Shown here in pieces: positions 8,728-17,915 of a DNA stretch of 64,000 nucleotides; position 1 is the stretch's first letter; every line of letters begins with the position of its first letter. The position numbers and the translations under genes are program-made. The DNA comes from Candidatus Woesebacteria bacterium (lineage in GTDB: Bacteria; Patescibacteriota; Microgenomatia; UBA1400; UBA1396). Below the pieces are notes generated by a model, which was given only the letters and a program-made list of their open reading frames with translations, was not told the origin of the DNA and did not search any database. The DNA is taken from contig CAVVNJ010000010.1 of the NCBI GenBank assembly GCA_963749595.1, positions 65,223-129,222 of the forward strand. Direction: 5' to 3'.

Positions 8728-9315
8728 ATGAAACAAGTGATTCTCGACGTTGAGACTAAAAAAACCTTTGAAGAGGTGGGTGGCTATTTACCCCAACAGC
8801 TGGGAGTGAGTTTTGTGGGCGTTTGTTTGCGGGACGGCTTCACCGGCGCGGGCGAATTCAGAGGATTTTTTGAAAAAGATCTGCCGCAACTTTGGCCGAT
8901 TTTGGAAACCGCCGATGTCTTAATCGGTTTCAACATTGAGGGTTTTGATCTGGAAACTTTGCGACCCTACTACTCGGGAAATCTGGACAAGTGGGGGGTG
9001 TTGGATTTGATGTTGCGTTTTAAAGACGCCGCCGGACACCGGATTAGCTTGGATTCTATTGCTCAGGAAACTTTAGGAGTTGGTAAGAGCGGGAACGGGT
9101 TGGATGCGATTCGCTACTACCGCACTGGTCAATTGCGGGACTTGGCAAAATATTGTCTCAAGGACGTGGAAATTACGAGGGATGTTTATGATTTTGGCCG
9201 GACTCAGGGCAAGGTCAAGTACACCAATAAGTGGAACCGAAAAATTGAAATTCCAATCGACTTTTCTTTTACGCCCAGTCAATCTGATGGAATCCAAATG
9301 ACTCTTCTGGGTTAA
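8728..9315 (+). CDS. RNase H-fold 3'-5' exonuclease-like protein
   Basis: VILDVETKKT...LIGFNIEGFDL...YCLKDVEITRDVY resembles DEDD / PolB-exonuclease-like proteins. Confidence 0.6.
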   Translation: MKQVILDVETKKTFEEVGGYLPQQLGVSFVGVCLRDGFTGAGEFRGFFEKDLPQLWPILETADVLIGFNIEGFDLETLRPYYSGNLDKWGVLDLMLRFKDAAGHRISLDSIAQETLGVGKSGNGLDAIRYYRTGQLRDLAKYCLKDVEITRDVYDFGRTQGKVKYTNKWNRKIEIPIDFSFTPSQSDGIQMTLLG

Positions 9316-9330
9316 GTCGCCGGTGGTACA

Positions 9331-9534
9331 ATGGACGTCATGTCGCCAACTCTTTTCGACTCGGAGATGGTGAAGAATCAGCAGAAGACGATTGAGTTGG
9401 AAGCGGAGTTGAACCAGTTGAAGAGCGGAATTAAAACACGAGCCCGACCAAGAAAACCACCATGCCCAAAGAGCGGAAATAGCGACAGCACACCACCTGG
9501 AAAAACGGCCAGGCCGACACCCCAACGAATATAG
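9331..9534 (+). CDS. Hypothetical small protein (uncertain; lies in an indel-rich stretch)
   Basis: ORF only. There is a coiled-coil-like N-terminus followed by a low-complexity basic/proline tail that may be out of frame. Confidence 0.25.
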   Translation: MDVMSPTLFDSEMVKNQQKTIELEAELNQLKSGIKTRARPRKPPCPKSGNSDSTPPGKTARPTPQRI

Positions 9535-9567
9535 CTCCGTGTTACGTGTCCTGCTTCTCCTGGTGGT

Positions 9568-9858
9568 TTGATGTCAGCATTCTGGGCTCTGCCCAAGGGC
9601 GTTGGTTTTGAGTCCCAGCACGAGAAAGAGCAGATCCTGATGGTGTTGCGGCAGCATCCGGTGGTTAATCTTAAGTGGATGGCGACCGTGGTGGCTCTGC
9701 TGTTGGGTCCGGTTCTGGTCAGTCCGTTGTTTCCGTTCTTCAGCTTCTTGCCGGAGCGGTTCTTTCTTCTTCCTCAACCTGGGTTGGCTGATGTTAATTT
9801 TGGCCTATGTGATCGAAAGTATCTTGAGTTGGTACTACAATCTTTATATCATTACTGA
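9568..9858 (+). CDS. bPH (YdbT-like) membrane protein, N-terminal fragment
   Basis: The TM helix WMATVVALLLGPVLVSPLF is followed by a frame break in the ttc/ctt-rich run at 9761-9775. Confidence 0.5.
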   Translation: MMSAFWALPKGVGFESQHEKEQILMVLRQHPVVNLKWMATVVALLLGPVLVSPLFPFFSFLPERFFLLPQPGLADVNFGLCDRKYLELVLQSLYHY

Positions 9859-10123
9859 TGAGCGATTGATTGACGTCGACTTTTATTCTCTGATTTACAA
9901 ATCGGTTTCCGAGGCCAAGCTCGACAAGATCGAGGACGTGACCGCCACGACGGCCGGGGTTTTCGGGGCCATGTTCGATTTCGGTACCATTAGCGTTCAG
10001 ACCGCCGCCGAAAAAAGGGAGTTTGAGCTGGGTAGCGTGCCGCATCCGGCCAAGGTGACGAAGTTTTTGAACGAATTGATTTTGGAAGAGGAACGCGAGC
10101 GGAACGAGGGACGGGTAAGCTAG
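9791..10123 (+). CDS. bPH (YdbT-like) membrane protein, C-terminal fragment
   Basis: WYYNLYIITDERLIDVDF...ISVQTAAEKREFELGSVPHPAKV. The frame is open upstream through FFFLNLGWLMLIL. Confidence 0.6.
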   Translation: MLILAYVIESILSWYYNLYIITDERLIDVDFYSLIYKSVSEAKLDKIEDVTATTAGVFGAMFDFGTISVQTAAEKREFELGSVPHPAKVTKFLNELILEEERERNEGRVS

Positions 10124-10130
10124 GAGCAAT

Positions 10131-10410
10131 ATGTTACAGTTTGTCGGCCGGAACTATTCCTCAATTTACCCTCGTTTCCGGACGGCAGGTGCTGTGAGGG
10201 CGGCCTAAAGCTATTGTTCCTGGGATTTTTTCTGCTCTATCTGATTTTCGCCCTGATGGTAATCGACAAGTTAAGCTGATGACGCACACCATTACCGCCC
10301 CAGCGACGGCTTTTTAGCCGCCGCCAGTTGGCTGTATTTGGTTTTGCCGGCCTGGTGTTGTTTTCGCGCTCTTCACTCTGTAGCGCTTTTATTGCTATCA
10401 TGAGCCAAAG
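10131..10410 (+). pseudogene. Small two-TM membrane protein readable only across several frames
   Basis: MLQFVGRNYSS, LKLLFLGFFLLYLIFALMVI, RQVKLMTHTITAPATAF and RRQLAVFGFAGLVLF lie in different frames. Confidence 0.3.
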
Positions 10411-10435
10411 ATGAGCGCGCAAACCGCCTCGCTTA

Positions 10436-10666
10436 GTGGGTATACCTTCCAAGACGACTTGGTCGACGACGGCCTCGGTAAAGTTAGAGAGGGGCGAGTT
10501 GTACTTAGCCGCCTCGTTTTTCGGGGGGGAACAGTCGCCACATGACGGACGGCGTTTAGTTAAGTTGTTGGAGAGCTTAGACCGGCCGGATAGTCGCTCA
10601 CTATACTTGGCGATCGAAAATTTTCTGCCCGCCTCAGTGGCGAAACTGCCGCGTCGATCGCTTTGA
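10436..10666 (+). CDS. Hypothetical fragment, possibly the N-terminus of the 10688 gene
   Basis: ORF only. An alternative frame reads ..DRFDFKDGISA directly before the MTLFSYGFSLAVLVRG start. Confidence 0.35.
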   Translation: MGIPSKTTWSTTASVKLERGELYLAASFFGGEQSPHDGRRLVKLLESLDRPDSRSLYLAIENFLPASVAKLPRRSL

Positions 10667-10687
10667 TTTTAAAGATGGGATCAGCGC

Positions 10688-12268
10688 ATGACCTTGTTTA
10701 GCTATGGGTTCAGTTTGGCGGTATTGGTCCGGGGAGAAGGCGGGCGGTGGCTCGCGGAGGGCGATCAGGAGAGAGTGGTATTAGAGGGGGAAATTCGGCC
10801 TGGGGATTTGTTCTTACTCGCCACCGCCCGCGCCAAAGAGTTGGGTCTAAAGCTTGACTCACTAATTGGTCGGCCGGCGGACGACGTCAGTTTGTTATTT
10901 TCCCGCATTCAAACCCACCCGCACTCCGGGGAAATTGCCGTTCTGGCGGTACAATTTGCGCCGCCGGCCGAAGAAACCAGGGCGGCAGCGACTTTGTCCA
11001 TTCAGGAGTCAAAACCGGACAGTGAAATCATTCCCGAAAATATCAGTCGACCGATGATCGCTCCCCGTCATCTAATTGCCCCGGAGAAAATCGAGCAGGG
11101 TATTTTGGCCTCAGAAGAAGAAAAAGCCAGTCGGATTAAACGCACAATAGTGAAGAAGGAGTTATTTTCTGGCTTGGCTCAATCACTGCGCCACCGCAAG
11201 AATCTGTTGTGGTTGGCGGCGGGAATCGGTTTGATTTTTCTTCTGATTTTAGCCATGGTGATTTACCGGGGCGCCGCTTTAGAAAAAGAGCGGAAAGACG
11301 TGGTGGTGCCGTTGGAACAATTGGTGTCAACCTCGCTTGCATTACCACCGGAGAAGATTGGTGAACAGCGGGCGGCGGTACAGTCTTTGCTGGAACGCCT
11401 GCGGGCAACTCGGGTTACTTACGGCTCCAATCAGAGGCGGGTACGCGAGCTGTTAACGTTGATCGAAGAGAAAAACGGGACCATTTCCGGCGAAAAACAA
11501 CTGGTCAATCTCCCAATCTTTTATGATTTTCGTCTGATTAGCGCGGAATTTTTGGCCAGCAAGGCGGCTCGGGAAAAAAACCAAAGCGTCTTTGTGGATG
11601 GCGGCAGCGGGGTAATTTTGTCGCTTAATCTTGATACCAAACAAAATGAAACCTACCCTCGCGAGGGAATTGCTGGCCCGCTCGACATTGCTTTAACAGG
11701 GAACACGGCTTACATTTTGCAGTCCGGGAAAATTATGAAAGCGGCGGCGTCTCAGACTAAGGCCGATGAGGTTGCGGCCCTGGGAGCGGTGCGGGAGCCT
11801 CTACTGCTTGATCGGTTTGGCGAGACACTCTATATTTTTGACCGCTCCGGGCAACAAATTTGGCGACTACCCCTGGTTGAAGACGCCACACCCTCAGGTT
11901 GGATTAAGTCCGCGCGCGGCGTTGATTTTTCCGCCGTCACTTCGTTGGCCATCAATGGCTCGATTTGGTTGGGCAGCAGCGACGGTAATATTTATGAATT
12001 TGTCCGCGGGGAGCGTCAATCGTTTAGCGTCTCAGGCTTAGTCGAGCCGTTTACTTCTTCCCTTTATCTGGCGGTGACGGAAGAGGGTGAGCGGTTAGCT
12101 GTGGTGGAGCCAGCCAAAAAACGCTTAGTGCTGTTAAACAAGCAGGGAGAATATCAACAACAAGTCGAGTCGGAACAAATCGGAGCGGTAACTGACGTTT
12201 TTCTGGCTGAGGATGAGAAAAGCGCCTACCTGGTTGCTGGCAGTGTGGTGTATAAAGTTGACCTTTAG
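10688..12268 (+). CDS. Hypothetical membrane protein with a repeat-rich (propeller-like) C-terminal region
   Basis: 526-aa ORF with a central TM segment LLWLAAGIGLIFLLILAMVIY. No catalytic motif was recognised. Confidence 0.7.
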   Translation: MTLFSYGFSLAVLVRGEGGRWLAEGDQERVVLEGEIRPGDLFLLATARAKELGLKLDSLIGRPADDVSLLFSRIQTHPHSGEIAVLAVQFAPPAEETRAAATLSIQESKPDSEIIPENISRPMIAPRHLIAPEKIEQGILASEEEKASRIKRTIVKKELFSGLAQSLRHRKNLLWLAAGIGLIFLLILAMVIYRGAALEKERKDVVVPLEQLVSTSLALPPEKIGEQRAAVQSLLERLRATRVTYGSNQRRVRELLTLIEEKNGTISGEKQLVNLPIFYDFRLISAEFLASKAAREKNQSVFVDGGSGVILSLNLDTKQNETYPREGIAGPLDIALTGNTAYILQSGKIMKAAASQTKADEVAALGAVREPLLLDRFGETLYIFDRSGQQIWRLPLVEDATPSGWIKSARGVDFSAVTSLAINGSIWLGSSDGNIYEFVRGERQSFSVSGLVEPFTSSLYLAVTEEGERLAVVEPAKKRLVLLNKQGEYQQQVESEQIGAVTDVFLAEDEKSAYLVAGSVVYKVDL

Positions 12269-12322
12269 CCGATCTTGCTTTCACTGCCGATGGAACATAA
12301 ACTGTCTTGTTGGAATTAGAAA

Positions 12323-12772
12323 ATGAGGAATGAAGCTATGACGCTTGCCCAGCAGAGCATTTTTTCGATTGCTCCGGCCAACCGGCTTGATCCGGAGGAG
12401 CAGGGTGAAATTGTCCAGTCGGTTCAGGATTGGTTGTTGGGTCTGGTCCTGCCGGATCGGGAGGTAGCGACTCACCTTGGCGACGATGGCGTTGCTCTGG
12501 GAAGCAAGTTGCAAAGGTTACAGCTGGACTCTACTTCGGAAGAGGAAAAAGAGTTGCTGCGGGACGATATTTTTTCCCGATTGAGTCGTGTGCCGAATAT
12601 TGAGGCGATTCTTCATCGTTATGCGGATGAGTTTAAAGTTGATTTCTTGGGCGAACGGATTTCATTGGAGCGGGAATTGGCTGGTTTCGATCTAGAACGC
12701 TTGGGGCAAATTGATCAGGCTTATGAGGCTTTTAACCATGGTGATTACGCGCTCGTTCTCGAGCTCCTTTGA
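12323..12772 (+). CDS. Hypothetical acidic protein
   Basis: 149-aa ORF followed by a long nested hairpin. Confidence 0.6.
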   Translation: MRNEAMTLAQQSIFSIAPANRLDPEEQGEIVQSVQDWLLGLVLPDREVATHLGDDGVALGSKLQRLQLDSTSEEEKELLRDDIFSRLSRVPNIEAILHRYADEFKVDFLGERISLERELAGFDLERLGQIDQAYEAFNHGDYALVLELL

Positions 12773-12783
12773 GACGTTGAGAT

Positions 12784-12871
12784 GAGGAATCATTCCTACC
12801 TCACCCTACGCCTGGAGGAATCAATCCAGATTGATTCCTCTAGAGGTGAGCCTCGGTAGGAATGATTCCTC
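12784..12871. repeat. Nested palindromic element / bidirectional terminator between convergent genes
   Basis: gaggaatcattcctacc at 12784-12800 is the reverse complement of 12855-12871. The inner stem pairs 12815-12825 with 12830-12840. The core aggaatcattcct also occurs at 8602-8614. Confidence 0.7.
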
Positions 12872-12875
12872 TTAT

Positions 12876-15266
12876 TTATTCCCGCCAAAAATGGAAGCCC
12901 TCGGCCAGCTCGAAGATGCGTTCGGCGGTGACGAAGTACTTTTCCTCGACCGGTTTTTTGATCGGATTGTTATCTTTGTCGAGAGCGTCGACCATCATCC
13001 GAACGCAATCCAAGCAATAATCTCGAGTGAAGGGGTCGGTGAGGAGGGTGTGTTCCTCGAACTTGAGTTGATCGGTGGGGTCGTCCGGGCGGGTAGGAAG
13101 GCCGGTTTGACCAACAATCCAAGTTCCGCGCCAAACATTTTCCCGAGCTTGGGGTTCAGTGCCACGCCAAAAAATTTCGGAGGTTTGTTCACATTGATGA
13201 TCGCCTGGGGTGGCATCATTGGGTAGGTCACCGGAGCGCTTGCAAAAACTTGCTTTGGCGATCGTGGGCGGCGCCTCGCGCCAAACGGCATCGGTTTGAT
13301 CGCGCAGCAAGAAAGTCATGATGTCATTCCAGATTGGCGCCGCCCCCGTCACGCCTGAGACCAGGTTCTGGTTCATAGCCGTGTTGTCGTTGTTTCCGAC
13401 CCAAACCGCCGTTAAATATTCCGGAGTAAAGCCCATTGTCCAGTTGTCGCGCAGGTCGTTGGTGGTTCCGGTTTTGGCCGCCACTTTGCGTCCGCGAATA
13501 TAAAGTTCCGAGTTGGTGCCAAAAGCGTTGGCCCGGGCATTGTTGTCGGAAATAATATCATTGGTCAAATAGGCCACCTCTCGATCCAGAACGCGGTAAA
13601 TTTCATCTGGGTCGGTGGAGATTTTCAAATCAGGAATCGCTCGCTCGTTGGCTGGCGAGTTGGGTGCCACGGCCTGTAATTGCTCGACGGATTGCGCCCT
13701 CGCCTCCGGATCGGCTTCAAATAGTACTTTTCCCCGGAAAGTCTCGATTTTCAAAATGGAAATTAAGGGAACCTTGACGCCGTTATTAGCCAAGACTCCG
13801 AAAGCAGTGGCCATCTCGGTCATGGGTATTTCTCCCGCACCAAGGGCCAGTGAAAGTCCAAAACGTTGCGGCTGGTCCTTGAGCGTGGTGATTCCCATGG
13901 CTGACGCGGTGGCAATAAAATTATCCAAACCATTCAGACCCAAGGTTTTTACCGCCGGCAGGTTGTAGGAGTTGGCCAGGCCGGTGCGCAGGGTAACCGG
14001 GCCGTGGTAATTGCCATCATAGTTTTGCGGACAATAGGCCTTCTGACCTAAGTTTTCAAAACAGGTTGGTATATCAAGCAAAATAGTATTCATGCTGACG
14101 CGGCGCAACTGCAAAGCCGTAGCGACATCAAGGGGCTTAATCGACGATCCGGGTTGGCGGGGACGCAGCGTCATGTTGATTTGACCCTCGTGGGTGGCGT
14201 CAAAATAATCTCGCGAGCCGACCATGGCCAAAATTTCCCCGGTCTTAGGCCGGGTGACCAATGCCGCGCCATTGCCCACTTTAAGCCGCGACAAGGTATT
14301 AATTTCGGCTGATAGCGAAGCCTGCACCGTATCTTGCAAGCTAAGGTCCAAAGTGGTGGTAACCCGCAATCCACCGCGCTCAACCAAGGCATGCCCGTAT
14401 TGTTCGACTAGTTGATCCCGCACGGAAAAGACAAAATGTGGCGCCCGGATAGAAAACTTTTTTTCGGCAAAATGAAGCGGGGTTTGGAAAGTCTGATCGG
14501 CTTGTTCGCGGGTGATATAGCCATCCTCAGTCATTCGCCGCAGCACTTCCTTTTGCCGTTCTTTGCCGAGTTCAGGAGTATTGCCAAAAGGCGAGTAGCG
14601 GGTTGGAGACTGAGGTAAACCGCCGAGATAAGCCGCCTCCGCCAGTGATAATTCCCGCGCCGGTTTGCCAAAAAAGGTTTGCGCCGCCGCCTCAATTCCC
14701 CAGGCAGTGCCACCATAGGGAATGTGATTCAAATACATTTCTAAAATTTGGTCTTTGCTGTATAACACCTCGGTGACGATGGTGAGAATGGCTTCTTTGA
14801 ATTTTCGTTCGATCGTGCGTTCGCGGGAGAGGAGGGAAACTTTGACCAATTGCTGAGTCAAAGTCGATCCTCCCTGTAGTTGTTGTTTGAACAGAGTGTT
14901 AAGACCCGCCCGAAAAATACCGACGAAGTCGAGCCCAAAGTGGCGATAAAAATTCTTATCCTCGATGGCGATGCTGGCTTGGGACACATAGGGTGGCAGC
15001 TCGGACAGCTTGACCGGCGTGCGGTTTTCATCCGCGAATATTTCGTATAACAATTCGCCGTTGCGATCAAAGATTTTGGTGCTCACCGCCAAGTCTTCCG
15101 AGGAGCGCAGTCGGGCTGGTGATGGTAAATCGCGCAAGAAAAAAATGACGGTTAATATTAGAACCGCCACGGCAGCAAGAGCCAGGGCCAACAGGATTTG
15201 GACCGGACGTTTTAACTTCCGGTATCTGGAGGCGGTCTTTTTTAAACGGGAGAGCGAAAACTTCAC
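12876..15266 (-). CDS. Class A penicillin-binding protein (transglycosylase + transpeptidase)
   Basis: N-terminal TM segment. GT51 motifs IAIEDKNFYRH and GGSTLTQQLVK, plus transpeptidase motifs SSIKP and KTGTT. Confidence 0.9.
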   Translation of the reverse strand: MKFSLSRLKKTASRYRKLKRPVQILLALALAAVAVLILTVIFFLRDLPSPARLRSSEDLAVSTKIFDRNGELLYEIFADENRTPVKLSELPPYVSQASIAIEDKNFYRHFGLDFVGIFRAGLNTLFKQQLQGGSTLTQQLVKVSLLSRERTIERKFKEAILTIVTEVLYSKDQILEMYLNHIPYGGTAWGIEAAAQTFFGKPARELSLAEAAYLGGLPQSPTRYSPFGNTPELGKERQKEVLRRMTEDGYITREQADQTFQTPLHFAEKKFSIRAPHFVFSVRDQLVEQYGHALVERGGLRVTTTLDLSLQDTVQASLSAEINTLSRLKVGNGAALVTRPKTGEILAMVGSRDYFDATHEGQINMTLRPRQPGSSIKPLDVATALQLRRVSMNTILLDIPTCFENLGQKAYCPQNYDGNYHGPVTLRTGLANSYNLPAVKTLGLNGLDNFIATASAMGITTLKDQPQRFGLSLALGAGEIPMTEMATAFGVLANNGVKVPLISILKIETFRGKVLFEADPEARAQSVEQLQAVAPNSPANERAIPDLKISTDPDEIYRVLDREVAYLTNDIISDNNARANAFGTNSELYIRGRKVAAKTGTTNDLRDNWTMGFTPEYLTAVWVGNNDNTAMNQNLVSGVTGAAPIWNDIMTFLLRDQTDAVWREAPPTIAKASFCKRSGDLPNDATPGDHQCEQTSEIFWRGTEPQARENVWRGTWIVGQTGLPTRPDDPTDQLKFEEHTLLTDPFTRDYCLDCVRMMVDALDKDNNPIKKPVEEKYFVTAERIFELAEGFHFWRE

Positions 15267-15288
15267 ACCATGATTATACTGGGTTGGT

Positions 15289-15810
15289 ATGCCACATTCA
15301 CATCTTTCGCCGCGATCAGAATTATTCCAGACTCAGGTGCCTCCCTCGGTGCGGGCTTTTTTGCCATCAGAACTGGCCGAATTGGTGGACGACAGTCTCC
15401 AGCTCCATCAGGTGGTTCAATCGATCGAGGCAACCCAATTTAATGATTATTCCTTTGTCGTTTTCCCTCTGGCTAAGGTTTATGAAGGTTTTTTAAAATT
15501 ATTATTCTTTCAATTGGGGTTGGTAAAAAAAGAGGTTTATTATGCACGGCACTTTCGGATCGGCCGGAGTTTTAATCCCGATTTGGTGCCGCGTTTGCGG
15601 GATGAGTCTTGGTTGTATGATGATGTGGCTCGTTTGTGTGGCGAGGGGTTGGCGCGGGAATTATGGGAAGTTTGGTTGGCCGGCCGCAATCACTTGTTCC
15701 ACTTTTTTCCTGGTGATCGTTATTTGTTAAATCGAAATGAATCCGGCCAACTGATCAACCGTTTGTTGGCGGCAATGGAGTCGGCTTTGGCTTGCCGGCC
15801 CAGGGTATAA
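15289..15810 (+). CDS. Hypothetical protein with a HEPN-like Rx4H motif
   Basis: 173 aa. RNHLFH is encoded at 15685-15702. A tatact box at 15275-15280 lies 8 nt before the ATG. Confidence 0.6.
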   Translation: MPHSHLSPRSELFQTQVPPSVRAFLPSELAELVDDSLQLHQVVQSIEATQFNDYSFVVFPLAKVYEGFLKLLFFQLGLVKKEVYYARHFRIGRSFNPDLVPRLRDESWLYDDVARLCGEGLARELWEVWLAGRNHLFHFFPGDRYLLNRNESGQLINRLLAAMESALACRPRV

Positions 15811-15864
15811 ATGTTACAATCAACCACATTACGGCCTGATATAGCCGGATATTAGGGGGCGAGC

Positions 15865-16521
15865 ATGGCATTTGGCAACATTACCGTTTCTGGTCTTCCA
15901 GGTTGTGGTTCAACTACCTTGTTGCGTGCCTTAAAAGAAGAGTTGAAGTTCGAGGGCTGGACGGGCTTTTCCGGCGGGGAATTCATGCGTGCCTACGCGG
16001 TTGAAAAGGGATTAATAAATCCCGCCGATGGTAAGTTGCACCACTCGGCTGCAGTTTACGGTGAAGATTTTGATCGCGAAGTTGATTTTGGTATGCGCCA
16101 CCGCCTGGAATCGGGCCAGGGCTGGATCTTGGAATCTTGGCTGTCGGGCTTCATGGCACAGCAAGTCCCGGGAGTTCTGAAAGTGCTTTTAGTTTGCTCT
16201 GATGACGCTGTCCGGATCGACCGGATTGTTAATCGCGACAACGTTTCGGTTAATGATGCCAAGCGACACATTCAAGACCGAACGGAGAAGAACGTTGCCA
16301 AATGGATTCGGATGTATGCCAAGGAATGGGAAGAATGGGTGGTGAAATCGGGAAAAGTCGCACCGAACGCAAGGATCGACTTTTGGCGACCCGAGTTATA
16401 CGATATAGTGATCGACACGTATTCCACCAATAAAGTCGATACCCTGAGTGCCGTTCTAAACCGCCTGTATGAGTCCCGCCAAAAACCAGCCAGCCAGCCA
16501 AAAGCTAACCGCCCTGCGTGA
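15865..16521 (+). CDS. Cytidylate kinase-like P-loop NTPase
   Basis: Walker A ITVSGLPGCGSTT, with ..VLLVCSDDAVRIDRIVNRD.. and YDIVIDT resembling the cytidylate-kinase-2 type family. Confidence 0.7.
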   Translation: MAFGNITVSGLPGCGSTTLLRALKEELKFEGWTGFSGGEFMRAYAVEKGLINPADGKLHHSAAVYGEDFDREVDFGMRHRLESGQGWILESWLSGFMAQQVPGVLKVLLVCSDDAVRIDRIVNRDNVSVNDAKRHIQDRTEKNVAKWIRMYAKEWEEWVVKSGKVAPNARIDFWRPELYDIVIDTYSTNKVDTLSAVLNRLYESRQKPASQPKANRPA

Positions 16522-16681
16522 TAAGCACGCGGATCATGTTTCGCAAAAATCGCGACGGCTAAATCACGTTCAGTCCCTGGGTGAGGGCGTGGGAAGAACT
16601 TTTCACACCACCCGCGATCATTTAACGCCATTTCGTTATCAAGAAGCGTTCCGCTCCTTGTACTCCTTTTTCTTTTTGGAG

Positions 16682-17296
16682 ATGAGCTTGTTGGTGATTT
16701 GGGTTGCCTACCGGGCTATGGTCGCCATGCCGGTTTGGTTTGACGAGGGCGTCGCTAAGGCACTAGTCTTTGGTTTGCCGGTCTTTTGGTTTGCGGCACG
16801 TTCTAAGTTTGTGGCCAATGAGTTGGGTTTGGATCCCCGGCGCATGCTGCCGGGGTTGTACCTTGGCTTGGCGGTTGGAGGTTTGTATGGCTTTATGGGG
16901 ATTTTGACCGAGGTGGTGGGTGGTCGGCAAGTGGTGGCCGGCAACCTTTTTGGAACCGATCAATTTTGGTGGCTGGCTTTCCTGGCCTTGCTAACCGCTT
17001 GGTGGGAGTCGTTATTCTTTTATGGCCTGCCGGTGCAATATATCCGCAGCGTTGCCCCCTGGTTTTCCGAGACTCTCACCGCGTCATTCACAGTTTGCTT
17101 GTTTTTGCTATTTCACGCTCCCCTGCGCTTGCTGGTGGCCGGTTACTCACCCTTTTTTCTAGTGCAAATGGGGGTGTTGCTGTTGTTCGCGATCGGGCAG
17201 TATATACTATACGTCCGGACGAAAAATATGTATGCCGTGGTTCTGTCCCATCTTTTATGGGGACTAGTGATCGAAATTTATTCGCGACCATTATGA
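16682..17296 (+). CDS. CPBP-family intramembrane protease-like protein (degenerate motif)
   Basis: Polytopic, with WWESLFFYGLP in place of EExxxR, plus FHAP and HLLWG. The start is uncertain because the ORF opens at 16469. Confidence 0.65.
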   Translation: MSLLVIWVAYRAMVAMPVWFDEGVAKALVFGLPVFWFAARSKFVANELGLDPRRMLPGLYLGLAVGGLYGFMGILTEVVGGRQVVAGNLFGTDQFWWLAFLALLTAWWESLFFYGLPVQYIRSVAPWFSETLTASFTVCLFLLFHAPLRLLVAGYSPFFLVQMGVLLLFAIGQYILYVRTKNMYAVVLSHLLWGLVIEIYSRPL

Positions 17297-17856
17297 AAAA
17301 ACAACAATGGCTGAGCAGCTCAGCGCTATTTATTTTTGGCCTGGTCATCATGATCGCTACCCTGCGGGTCTCGCACGTGCGGGCCAGCTATGCCTCCAAC
17401 GGATTGGTGCAACAGACGCAGGAAAGCGAAACCGATCTAATTTTGGCTCAACTCACTCAATCAAGTTTGCCGGGATCGGTTCCCTACCTTTGGCAGCGGG
17501 GCTGGGAGAGGGCCGAGTTGTTATGGTTGGCGGAAAATGAAAAACCTGAGATTTGGTTGGGACGCATTGCCGACCGGGTTGAATCGGCTGAGTTAGCGGA
17601 CTCACTGGGGCGGGAAGAGTTGGCCCTATCTACTTACCTAAAGGCTTTTGGTTACCTCCATCAGGGTGCTCACACCTGTTTTGCCGAGGGCGATACTCCA
17701 GAGTATTGTGAACGAGTAACCTTTACTGCCGCCACGGACGCCTTAGCGGATTCGGTGCAGAGATTTGCCCAGTCAACTACTTCCGACGCTCTTCGGGCCA
17801 GGGCAGACAGTCTGCGTTCCCAAATTCAAGCTCTCCGGCAGCAATTCCAGTTCTAA
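17293..17856 (+). CDS. Hypothetical membrane-anchored protein
   Basis: MKKQQWLSSSALFIFGLVIMIATL signal/anchor. There is an ATGA overlap with the upstream stop. Confidence 0.6.
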   Translation: MKKQQWLSSSALFIFGLVIMIATLRVSHVRASYASNGLVQQTQESETDLILAQLTQSSLPGSVPYLWQRGWERAELLWLAENEKPEIWLGRIADRVESAELADSLGREELALSTYLKAFGYLHQGAHTCFAEGDTPEYCERVTFTAATDALADSVQRFAQSTTSDALRARADSLRSQIQALRQQFQF

Positions 17857-17901
17857 GGTTTGACCTTCCAGGCGTGAGGGTGCTGTGGGGTCTTACCCTC
17901 A
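17855..17901. repeat. REP-like element copy
   Basis: aaggtttgaccttccaggcgtgagggt followed by the hairpin tgagggt...accctca. Confidence 0.7.
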
Positions 17902-17915
17902 TGTATACTGGCTTC

